Shown here: one piece after another, positions 1 through 13,300 of the stretch
Numbering within the stretch: the first letter of the stretch is position 1
How the letters are laid out: each line of letters opens with the position of its first letter
From: Macrostomum lignano
Lineage: Eukaryota
Reading direction: 5' to 3'
Assembly (NCBI GenBank): GCA_002269645.1
Contig: NIVC01001182.1
Span: 186,001 to 250,000 of the forward strand
DNA length: 64,000 nucleotides
The notes under the pieces: model-generated
The model's input: only the letters and a program-made list of their open reading frames with translations
Told to the model about the DNA's origin: nothing
The model's database searches: none
Position numbers and translations under genes: made by a program

Positions 1-793
<793 letters not shown>

Positions 794-990
794 AAGTAGG
801 TTAACAAGATACGAGCTATACTACAGCCAATGCGAAGAGAGCTTGGATTTAAAGTCGTACTGTTATTCCCAACCAATCGGGCTGATCAATGCGCGAATGT
901 CAATGAAAAGCCTTGAAATAAAAACCGTTAGGAACAAGTTTCTGGACCAAAAACAGTTTTTCTTCAATCCTAACACATCACGGCGAAGTC

Positions 991-3595
991 ATGGACTTGA
1001 ATGTGGTCTTCAAGCTTAACGAATTCATGCGGAGTAATGCAAACATTTCAGGCGGGTATGCCCACAACTTGGGCATGCTGTTTTTTCATTACTATCCGTG
1101 TAAGTTTCCCAGTTCTATACTAGTTTTATTGATAATCCACAAATCGATCAAGCCATATGTACGAGCGAAGTTGATTTTTCAGTTTTTGTTCCAATATTAT
1201 GCTTGGTCGCTGTATTTGGTTCGATTGGCAATGTTCTGGTCATTATGGCCGTGCTCAAAACGAAGGTAATTAGTCATCTTTTCTAACTGTGAAATTGCTA
1301 TTCAGATTAAAAAATAAAGTAATAAATGTGCAAAACTTTGAACATCTGGCAGAGTCTGAGAATAAAAGCAACTACTTTGTGGTTAATCTGGCTGTTGCTG
1401 ACTTGTCTGTCACCGGCTTTGTGGTGCCCATGAATGCTCTCGGTAAGACATACAGACACTGAGACACTGGGATAGTCACACAGCCAGGCACCTGGACACA
1501 GACACTGAGCACAAACGTACAATGAGTCAATATGACATTTTTAAGCTCTATAACACCCAGAAAATGAAACACTACACGCATGAACCGTAAACCAAAGACA
1601 AAGACCAAGCCAAAGCCTATACCCAATCAGCAATTATTTGCAGGAGTTCTGGACGGAGAATGGGTATTCAGCCAGCACCCAGTCCTCTGCAAGGTGATCG
1701 GAGCGGTGTGCCTCACCAGCTGCTTCTGCTCTATGCTGAACATTGGCGCCATCGCACTAAATCGTTACATGTGCATCTGCCATCATGATTCCTATGGGCG
1801 AGTGTTCACAAAGCGTAGCACCATTGTTTACTGCGTTGTTCTTTGGCTGTTCAGTGCAGCCTCGCGTAAGTTGAAACGTCTGGGAGCGGTTTTTGACTAG
1901 CGCAAAACCGGTAACTGGAGGCCAACCCACTATTTTTATGGGCAGATGTGCAACCGACAGCTCAGCCGCTGCTATTGCTCCAAGGACTGTGGATGGTCGT
2001 CACACACACCCTCAATTACCTCAGCTAATGCTGGCACCCATTTTACAGCTGGGTGAACTGAAGCAATGCAGAGTTAAGTATCTCTCTCAAGGACACAGAC
2101 TGTTTCGAGTAGGTCGAGAATCGAACCCCCCGACCTTTCAGTCGTGATTCCGACGCTCTAGCCACTAGGCTACAACCTGCTGTACTCCCGTGAAAGCGTG
2201 TGCATGCTTAAAAGTGATGGGAACAAAAACAGAAAAAACAGCAAAACAGCTTGCCAATCCTCAAAGCCAGGCCAAGAAGCTGAAAAATCGGGCAATCAAA
2301 TCACGGGGATACCTGGGACGACGCGGAAAAGAAAAACTGCTTTTGCTGTTGTGTCAGGTGAAGACTGGTTATGGATTAAATTGAAATTAATGGGATCGAA
2401 TTAGTCCCTATGAAAGCTCCTGGATTATTGGGTACTAAGGAAAAATCGAGCAAGCTAAGTGTGGAATTAACTATTTACGGATTTTGGTTAGACCAGAAAT
2501 GACAAATTATTAAAAGGATTATAGTGAAGGATTTAGGCGCTAATCCATGAACAAACCTGCATCTTGAAGGAGCTTTTGATGCAAAATTTGCGCGTGCTTG
2601 TAGACCGAACAGTAAAACCGGTTATGACTGACATGGCTGCCACACAAAAATCACCAAAGAGTAATTGAATATTATGATAATTCGAGTCTTTGAAAATATT
2701 CTTCGACAAATAGAGCATATCAAATTCAATCAATTGCTCGCATTTCAGCTTATAGCTAAACCGAAGGCGTTTATTTGTCGTAGTGCATTTAGTATGCCTT
2801 TGAGAAATCGGATTTTCCCCGACCGAATTTGTCTATGGCGAAACCCCGTTGAGCGCTATGCGTACTGGAGATACGATAGATGTACGTTCCTTACAGGCCT
2901 CCGGTTCATTTGTAAGAAAACCGGGTGTAGCTCTCCATGACACAATGGAATCATTGATTCACCAATAAAAATTGGGGCCACAGCCAAGGGGACGCCCCCA
3001 CCCCCCTAATCGGCTGGCAAAGCATGTGGCGCCTTACTTGGTAACCTGTGGAAAGAGTTCAGAGATCAATATATCATTCGATCCCGCAGAGTCGCCGAAC
3101 TTCTACGGCTGGAGCGAGTACACCTTCGACCGGAAACAGTTCATCTGCGTATTTAATCGGCTAGCGTCTCTGAGCTTTGCTCTGTTTTTCATTCTGGCTG
3201 GCATCTACGTTCCCCTGGTGCTAATTGGCATCTGCTACGCTCTTATCTATCGTCACGTGATTCGCGTACGCCGGCGCGTCGCTTGCGCCGTTTCTACGAA
3301 TAGCAACACGGAGAATCCCCAGTTAGTGAAAGAGGTCCGTCTGTTGAAGACATTTTTCACTATTTTTGTCACCTTCTGCGCCTGCTGGGTGCCGTACGCT
3401 ACGGTGACGGTGGCCGATGTTCGGGACACATTTCCGCTGCAGTTGCACGCCTTCACTGTGCTGATTTGTCACGTCAACTCTGCGCTTAACTGCATCATCT
3501 ATGCGGCGTCGAATCGACAGTTTCGAACTGGCTATGCCAAGCTGCTGTGCGGAGCATCTTGCTGTGAGTTTTACAGTTTGGCTGGTGCCGAATGA
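991..3595 (+). CDS. Melatonin-receptor-like class A (rhodopsin family) GPCR, 5 exons, about 336 aa; possible 1-nt frameshift at exon 3
   Basis: Exons 991-1099, 1183-1265, ~1353-1442, 1644-1865, 3090-3595 with GT-AG ends. Motifs: TM1 GSIGNVLVI, TM2 NLAVAD, TM3 ALNRY (NRY is typical of melatonin-type receptors), TM4 W..PNFYGW, TM6 FCACWVPY, TM7 NSALNCIIY. The exon 2/3 junction needs one extra base or an atypical GAG acceptor at 1354. Confidence 0.85.
1930..2177 (-). mobile_element. tRNA-derived SINE, family A, copy 1 (GPCR intron 4)
   Basis: Reverse complement begins GGTTGTAGCCTAGTGGCTAGAGCG (A box) ... GGTTCGATTC (B box), followed by TGTGTCCTTGAG...TTAACTCTGCATTGCTTCAGTTCACCCAGCTGTAAAATGGG. 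Homologous to 8720-9023 and 27321-27575. Confidence 0.85.
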
Positions 3596-3769
3596 ACAGC
3601 ATGCAAGGGTTAAGCCGAATGCTAATATTCTCCATCATTACTAGTGTTGAGGTTTATTCCAATTGCCAGGCAATAGTGCAAAAATCTTGTATTGGTTGGT
3701 GCCAAACCTCATAATTTCAAGACTTTGGGAAAAAGTTGCGATACTATGGTTGCTGGATTACGTGGATCA

Positions 3770-3985
3770 AATGAAGTTACTGAGATGCCCGTGGGGAGTT
3801 ATTTAGATGCCAAGATTCACATTAGGTTGCTGAAATGTGAAGTACTCATGTGGGGAGTTGCTGAGATGCCAATACTCACAGGGAGTTGCTGAGATACCAA
3901 TACTCACAGGGAGTTTCTGAGATGCCAATTACTCAAGTGGGGAGTTGCTGAGATGCCAATTACTCAAGTGGGGAGTTGCTGAGAT
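3770..3985. repeat. Imperfect ~30-bp tandem repeat (GGGGAGTTGCTGAGATGCCAATACTCA core)
   Basis: About 6-7 degenerate copies are visible. Confidence 0.75.
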
Positions 3986-6026
3986 GCAAATACTCACGGA
4001 GCATTTCCTTGATGCAGATGCAGAAATGCGGAGGTCCTCCCCAAGGCTAACCTGCCAACCAACCCTGAGGCAGCCGTCATCAATGCTTAATGCTGTCATT
4101 CTATTTACAAAATATCACAAGAGCAATTACTTAATGCGACATGACTTTTCAGGATGGCCATGGATGCAGAGTGGCCTTAGAAAACAGACAGATAAATCGA
4201 TCGGCTGAGCTCTTCGACACACACACTCTCTCTGACACAATTAGTACTCATACTGGCCTCAAAAAGTAGCATAATAGTATTCAAGTCGCTACAAGCAGCT
4301 CCTGCAGCTGCGGTAGGTCAAACACACTGAGAGACGAACGCGGGAAATTGACAAAGGAAATCGAAATCAGCTAATCCGGAGATTAGGCTAATCTGTTCTA
4401 ACTGGCTCACCAAACTTGAATCTTGTCAATTTCAAGGTTCTGCTGGATCATACTATAGTACTTCTACAGCAAAGGAGATTCTTGCCATCCGGCGAGACAT
4501 CTGTTCCATCAGCTTTTGACCAAAAATGTTTCGAACGAAATCGTCAGTGCTACTGGCAGTATTACAAATGAATTTTAAAAACAAAAACAAATGCAAGCGA
4601 GATTGGGCATGTTTTCAGTTAGATCGTAGTTTAGCACTATAAAATGAAAATAATCTTTACTGTCTGAACTCCTTCCTAATTGAAAACGGAGCAAAGTAAA
4701 TGCGTTTAATCCGAGATTCATCTGCTCAAAAATAAAGAATATATACGGTCTATGCGATACGAATTCTGTAGTAACGAATTTATTAGTATTTACGACGTTA
4801 TTCAATAGGTTGTACCATAGACAGCGAATTCGGTAGAAAACTATCTTAGGGGACTCTTATGTGAAATATGGTGTAACTCGCCAATGCATATATAGTTGGC
4901 TGTAGCTGCGTATTTCAGTGAAGTTCGAACAAAGCGATACCGTCTTTTAGCACGTCCTGAATATTTCAAATCCGCATATCTGTATGTACATCCCCAGGTA
5001 ACAGACCACTGCATACAAATCAACCAGCTGGAGTTGAGATGTCGTTGCATCGATCAGCAGCTGCTGCGCCTCACTGAGGAGATCTGGCATGGACATTGAT
5101 TCAATCTGGTCGCGGTTACATACACTCGTATATACGGGAATGCAATTTCACACTTACCGACTCTGCAATGCATGCAGCACATGCCCACCATTGACAACTA
5201 AAGCAGACGGACGTTATGCACTCGATTTTCTTGGAAATGAGCCGGAGAGGTGGCAGGCCGGTAAGGAACTTCGCTCAGTCAATAGCAGCAGTATGTTTTT
5301 GCTCTCGTCAATCATAATTTCGGCTATGACGAAATCTATATGTCGGCTATGTTCTGCACACTGTAGCGATCTACGAAAAATATGCGTTCCTTATCGGCTC
5401 ATTTCTAAGAAAATCAAGTGTGTAGCGCCTTCTACATGTACTTCAGCTGTCCATGATGTGTTTACTCTTTCATGTACATGCATGTTGGCATATACATGTA
5501 TATGAGCGTATATATCCAATTATCCAAGGCAAATTACATATACGTTTTTAGACCGATTATTTGCTACTATTCGAAAGGGCTATCAGACACACAATTTTTT
5601 CGTGGTAACTAGATATGTAAATGACATGAATACAGAATAGAGATGTACCTAATTGTTGACACCTAATTAAATTCTCAACGTGCTTTTCATCTTGACTGTT
5701 GAGCTCTCGCGTCGATTTGATCGATTTACGTGTAGATATTCAAAGACAAATTAAATGTGTACCATAATGAAATACGACGTGCACGCGCTAAGCAACTTGC
5801 AGCGACTGCTCTACCACCCAGCCGTTTCGTCATGACTAATTATCATATGCACTGTCACGTCTTATCAAATTGCGGTAACAATTACATGCATGTACATGGA
5901 CTGGAATTAGGCGTTCAGTGAATAAAAAATTGTCTTCCCTTTAAGATATAAGTCATCTATCTATTAAAAATTCATAAGTTACTTTGTACCTGCTGTAAAT
6001 TTTTTGTAACAATAATTGTAATAAGT

Positions 6027-6028
<2 letters not shown>

Positions 6029-6087
<59 letters not shown>
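6029..6087. repeat. (TAA)n microsatellite
   Basis: Direct reading; it produces the poly-Leu of the spurious ORF 5953-6543. Confidence 0.95.
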
Positions 6088-6091
<4 letters not shown>

Positions 6092-6169
6092 GTAATAATT
6101 ACATGTTTAACGCAGAGTATTAGCTGTACTTGTGAGCATTTGCATGTGCATGTACTCGTACATGTATAA

Positions 6170-6500
6170 ATAACAACAACAACAAAATAAGCAGCCCCAC
6201 AAGCATAGGTCACAGTTAGAGCAGGGCACGTCAGATGGCGCGCCGTAGATCCTGGAAGCGAACGAAGCCCGCTCCGTTGGCAGTGTCGGGCGCCCCATTG
6301 CAGTGTCGCACAACAGGCAGTCCACGTATCGACGGGTCGGGCCTGACCCCGCCTGAACGGACCCTGCAAGGTGAGCAGCAGGACGTCCTGAACAGGTTGG
6401 GGGCAGTAGCCCTCGGCCCGAATCACGTGGCCCGCCAGTTGAAGTCGCCGCCGGCGCAGGATGGTAACCATGGACGGGCGCTGCAGCTTTGGCCCGATAC
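6170..6500 (-). mobile_element. 5'-truncated non-LTR retrotransposon (RTE-like LINE) 3' fragment
   Basis: Minus-strand translation RRRRLQLAGHVIRAE...PVQDVLLLTLQGPFRRGQAR, then after a frameshift YVDCLLCDT. This resembles the post-RT C-terminus of RTE-clade ORF2. It is followed by a (TTG)n/(TTA)n-like tail. Confidence 0.6.
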
Positions 6501-7390
6501 TGTAAATGTACTGTACAATGTAAAGAGTAATTGGACTACTCAATTAGAAGGATGGAAAATTTTCTTGGAAAATTTTATGAGGGCAGGTTTACTGAAAAAA
6601 TCACAGCTCTATCGATATTCATAAGCTTTTCGTTTGTTAAATTGCTTTATATGTTAATTTTATATCCTACGGTGCAATCATCCGTCCACGCACTGTGCCT
6701 AAAATCATTAAAAAGCACACAGCACATAGTACTCATCGGTTTTTTGATCCTTTTTTAATCATTATTTGTCTAATTACTGCCTGCATGCATGTGTAACAAA
6801 ATGTGTGTAGCACGTACTATATCTGATATAAAATACAGCTAGTAATAGATTCATAAAACCTATGAGTCTAGTTGTACCATTTTTTATGATTTTAGGCAAT
6901 AGGCAATAGGACATAGCACAAATAAGTTTATTGCTCCGTTAAATACAGTACTCAACGTGCCGATAAGTTTTCTTCACTGGTTTGAGTCGACTCACAATCC
7001 TCTCGTACTTTAGGATAAAAGTTTGTCGTTAAAAATTTAGCACCAAGCAATGACTGTTAAGTTTTATTTTTGCGCAAAATATTTTATGATAGTTTGCATT
7101 GGTTTCATTCACTTAAAATGCTCATAATACACAAAACAAATATTACGCTGCCAAACTGTGTTTATATTTTTAACATACGTTTCACATAGACAATTTAAAC
7201 GTCAGCTGGGCGCGATAATTTTGATATCGTGGGCACGGATGTGCTGAGTGAATTACGAACGGACTAGTCGAATCATTCCTGAGCTGTGGCTGGAAATTTA
7301 CTGTCGCTAACTGGTCAAGAATAAAATTTATAAGTATAGTAAAGTGCTGCATTTAGAGCTTTTTGCAAATTTAGGTAGACAACATTCGCT

Positions 7391-10300
7391 ATGCACAGTG
7401 TGAAATATATTATTCTTCTTACTTTATTATGTTTAGTTTCTGACTCATTTTCTGATACCACGGAGCCCTTTGCGAGATTCGAGTACAAATTATCATTTAA
7501 AGGACCCTATCTGACCCAAAAGGATGGTTCTATTCCATTCTGGGAGTATGGAGGACGTAAGTTGTTTTTTTCAAACCATTTTATAAGTAAAGTTACTGTC
7601 CTACTGAATGCTTTTCATATAAGAAACAAAGATTAGTCTTGAAATTTTATTATGTCTTACAAAATTTTGGTAACTATATTTAAAAAGTGAATATTTCTAT
7701 CAGTACTAGTACTATACCTCACTAGTATGGTTTTTACTTGAAAAAGATTATACATTTTTAATTTTGTATTAAGACAATTTGTACAAATTCTATCCAGTGT
7801 TGGGGCTTTATAGCTTAGCACTGATATTTTTCTAGCTAATAAAAAAATTAAATTTAATTTACACAAGATAAAATTGAATTAGTTAACTTGTTATATTAAA
7901 GTTATTATTAAATTATAAGTACATACTTTGTACATTCAGAAGTTGTGTCTGTCATATTACTCTTTTTGAGTGCTACAATTTTTTGTTTGTATGGTTCGCA
8001 TTGCAAGGTTAAAAACTTTAGTCTTTAAACTCATAGTGTAATATTTCAATTGATAATAGAATCATTAATTTGCTATTTAATATTTGTACATATATTAAAT
8101 TAATAAATTAAAGCATTCCCAAATAATTTTCACTTTTCACAAAAATTTTGAATTTTAAAAACAAAAATTTTATCTTAATTTCAAAAAATTCTTTAAACAG
8201 ATGCCATCGCTGGTGACAGCTACATTCGCCTAACGCCGTCCATGTCTGGCAAACAAGGCCACGCCTGGACCAAAAAACTCGCCGATTTCGCCAACTTTCG
8301 TCTGGACATTGCTACTCGAGTTTCTGGCGTCGGTCGACACGGCGGAGACGGACTCGGCATCTGGTTTGTAGACGAGAAACCAGACTATAACTTGCCCAGC
8401 GTCCGGGTATTCGGTGGTGCCAGCAACTGGACAGGATTAGCTGTACTGCTGGACACCTACGATAATGATGGCAAAAATGACAATCCAAAGATTGGCGGCT
8501 TTGTTAGCTCTAATAAAGCCTTGGCTTGGAGTCACGACACTGACGGTCTCGACCAGGACATCGGCCACTGTCTGAGGAACTACCGGAATCGGCCTTTCCC
8601 CGTCCGGCTGAGGCTGCAGTACCTCAATAAGCGGCTGACGCTGCACGTTAACAATGGAGTGGCTAGCGAGGATAGCGAGAGCGACTATGAGGTGAGTCGG
8701 AGCGCCATGTCAATAATAATAATTAAATTGATTACACCTGCCCTAATGGGCAGATGTGCAACGTGCAACCGACAGCTCAACCGCAGCTATTGCGCGGCGC
8801 ATCTGACAGCTGCGTACGGCTGTTCAGTCCAAGGACTGGGGGGTCACCACAAACCCCCAATTACCCCAGCTAATACTGGTAACCATTTTACAGCTGAGTG
8901 AACTGAAGCAATGCAGAGTTAAGTGTGTAGTTCAAGGACACAAATTGTTCCAGTGGGATCGGGAATCGAACCCCCGACCTTCAAGTCGTAGTCCGATGCT
9001 CTAACCACTAGGCTACAACCCCCATGGTCAAACTGTCAGTATTAGCGCTAATTCAAACAAACTGTCAGTATAAGCGCCAAGTGAAACTGTCAGTATTAGC
9101 GCCATGCCAAACTGTCAGTATTAGCGCCATGCCAAACTGTCAGTATTAGCGCCATGCCAAACTGTCAGTATTAGCGCCAAGTCAAACTGTCAGTATTAGC
9201 GCCATGCCAAACTGTCAGTATTAGCGCCATGCCAAACTGTCAGTATTAGCGCCAAGTGAAACTGTCAGTATTAGCGCCATGCCAAACTGTCAGTATTAGC
9301 GCCAAGTCAAACTGTCAGTATTAGCGCCATGCCAAACTGTCAGTATTAGCGCCATGTGAAACTGTCAGAATGGGCGCCAGAGCCGACTACCCCCAACGCA
9401 CTGTTTTGCAGTTGTGCTTCGAGAAGGACAACGTTGAACTGCCAGGCAAAGGCTACTTCGGCGTCACGGCATCCACTGGCGGTGTGTCAGACGACATGGA
9501 CGTGTACAGCTTCGTGGTTCACTCGTTGTCAGTCAAAGGCGCAGCTGACCAAAGCGAAGCGGCCATCAAAGCCAGCGAAGAGGAGCGCAAGAAATACGAA
9601 CAGGAATACGAGGAGTATTCTAAGAAACTGCGCGATCAAATCGACGCCATCGCCAAGAGCCACAGGGAAGCCGTTGAAGGTCAAACTGGCTCGGGCGGCG
9701 ACGCGGGCAAGCCGGGCGATTCTGCGGTCGAAGATGAAGCCGCCAGGCAGTACCGGCAGATCTGGGAGGAGCAATCGAAGATCCGGGCTTCAATTCACGA
9801 CGTGGCCTCAGCGGTGGCCAATGCTAGGCACGACTTGGCTACCAGCATCACGGAGGTCACGCATTCTGTAGACGCAGTCAAAAGAGAATTGGCCGACGTG
9901 AAAACTGCCGCTAATGCGGCCGCTGGTGAGATACTACTCACATTGGGGTCTATACTAGTAGTATGATTGTATTTCCTCTGTTGATAATTAATTATGTTCA
10001 TTTTAAAAGTTCTCTCTCTCTCTCTCTCTTCATCTCCCTTCTTTCCTTTCCTTCTTTTTTATTAGCGGCAGGGGGCAGTGTGCACTGCATTGCTGCCCAT
10101 TCCGCCGACTCCCCTGAGCAGGCACACGAGCGCGCGGATACGTACGCACAGGCACACACTCACACAGGAGTGTACAGCGGCCCTAACTTTATTTATCGTT
10201 AGGCATGTACACTTCACTGCGCCTTGGGGGGTTGGCTCTCAAGGCCGTTAATTGCACGAGCATAGCGAACAGACACACGATAATCCATACAGACGCACGA

Positions 10301-13300
10301 TAATTCACATAGACACGATAATCCATACAGACGCACGATAAGTCACATAGACACGATAATCCATACAGACGCACGATAAGTCACATAGACACGATAATCC
10401 ATACAGACGCACGATAAGTCACATAGACACGATAATCCATACAGACGCACGATAATCCAGACAGACACACGATAATCCATACAGACACACGATAATCCAT
10501 ACAGACACACGATAATCCATACAGACACACGATAATCCATACAGACACACGATAAGTCACATAGACACGATAATCCATACAGACACACGATAATCCATAC
10601 AGACACACGATAATCCATACAGACACACGATAAGTCACATAGACACGATAATCATACAAACACACGATAATCCATACAGACACACGATAATCTACATCGA
10701 TACAGGACAATCCATACAGACACACGATAATCCATACAGACACACGATAATCCAGACAGACACACGATAATTCATACAGACACACGATAATCCATACAAA
10801 CACACGATAATCCATACAGACACACGATAATCCATACAGACACACGATAATCCATACAGACACAGGATAATCCACATAGACACACGATAATCCATACAGA
10901 CACACGATAATCCATACAGACACACGATAATCCATACAGACACACGATAATCCGTACAGACACACGATAATCCATACAGGCACAGGATAATCCACATAGA
11001 CACACGATAATCCATACAGACACACGATAATCCATACAGACACACGATAATCCATACAGACACACGATAATCCATACAGACACACGATAATCCATACAGG
11101 CACACGATAATCCATACAGACACACGATAATCCAGACAGACACACGATAATCTATACAAACACACGATAATCCATACAGACACACGATAAGTCACATAGA
11201 CACGATAATCCATACAGACGCACGATAAGTCACATAGACACGATAATCCATACAGACGCACGATAAGTCACATAGACACGATAATCCATACAGACGCACG
11301 ATAAGTCACATAGACACGATAATCCATACAGACGCACGATAAGTCACATAGACACGATAATCCATACAGACGCACGATAAGTCACATAGACACGATAATC
11401 CATACAGACGCACGATAATCCAGACAGACACACGATAATCCATACAGACACACGATAATCCATACAGACACACGATAATCCATACAGACACACGATAATC
11501 CATACAGACACTCGATAAGTCACATAGACACGATAATCCATACAGACACACGATAATCCATACAGACACACGATAATCCATACAGACACACGATAATCCA
11601 TACAGACACACGATAAGTCACATAGACACGATAATCCATACAAACACACGATAATCCATACAGACACACGATAATCTACATCGATACAGGACAATCCATA
11701 CAGACACACGATAATCCATACAGACACACGATAATCCAGACAGACACACGATAATTCATACAGACACACGATAATCCATACAAACACACGATAATCCATA
11801 CAGACACACGATAATCCATACAGACACACGATAATCCATACAGACACAGGATAATCCACATAGACACACGATAATCCATACAGACACACGATAATCCATA
11901 CAGACACACGATAATCCATACAGACACACGATAATCCATACAGACACACGATAATCCATACAAGCACAGGATAATCCACATAGACACACGATAATCCATA
12001 CAGACACACGATAATCCATACAGACACACGATAATCCATACAGACACACGATAATCCTTACAGACACACGATAATCCATACAGGCACACGATAATCCATA
12101 CAGACACACGATAATCCAGACAGACACACGATAATCTATACAAACACACGATAATCCATACAGACACATGATAAGTCACATAGACACGATAATCCATACA
12201 AACACACGATAATCCATACAGACACACGATAATCCAGACAGACACACGATAATTCATACAGACACACGATAATCCATACAAACACACGATAATCCATACA
12301 GACACACGATAATCCATACAGACACACGATAATCCATACAGACACACGATAATCCATACAGACACACGATAATCCATACAGACACAGGATAATCCATACA
12401 GGCACAGGATAATCCACATAGACACACGATAATCCATACAGACGCACGATAATCCATACAGACACACGATAATCCATACAGACGCACGATAAGTCACATA
12501 GACACGATAATCCATACAGACGCACGATAAGTCACATAGACACGATAATCCATACAGACGCACGATAATCCAGACAGACACACGATAATCCATACAGACA
12601 CACGATAATCCATACAGACACACGATAATCCATACAGACACACGATAATCCATACAGACACTCGATAAGTCACATAGACACGATAATCCATACAGACACA
12701 CGATAATCCATACAGACACACGATAAGTCACATAGACACGATAATCCATACAAACACACGATAATCCATACAGACACACGATAATCTACATCGATACAGG
12801 ACAATCCATACAGACACACGATAATCCATACAGACACACGATAATCCAGACAGACACACGATAATTCATACAGACACACGATAATCCATACAAACACACG
12901 ATAATCCATACAGACACACGATAATCCATACAGACACACGATAATCCATACAGACACAGGATAATCCACATAGACACACGATAATCCATACAGACACACG
13001 ATAATCTATACAGACACACGATAATCCATACAGTCACACGATAATCCATACAGACACACGATAATCCATACAGACACACGATAATCTATACAGACACACG
13101 ATAATCCATACAGTCACACGATAATCTATACGGACACACGATAATCTATACAGACACACGATAATCCATACAAACACACGATAATCCATACAGACACACG
13201 ATAATCCATACAGACACACGATAATCCATACAGACACACGATAATCCATGCAGACACAGGATAATCCATATAGACACACGATAATCCATACAGACACACG

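Noticed and set aside
7190-7260. ER-stress element in the LMAN1 promoter
   Set aside because: Only half-sites (TGACGT, CCACG on the minus strand); no CCAAT-N9-CCACG or ATTGG-N-CCACG geometry.
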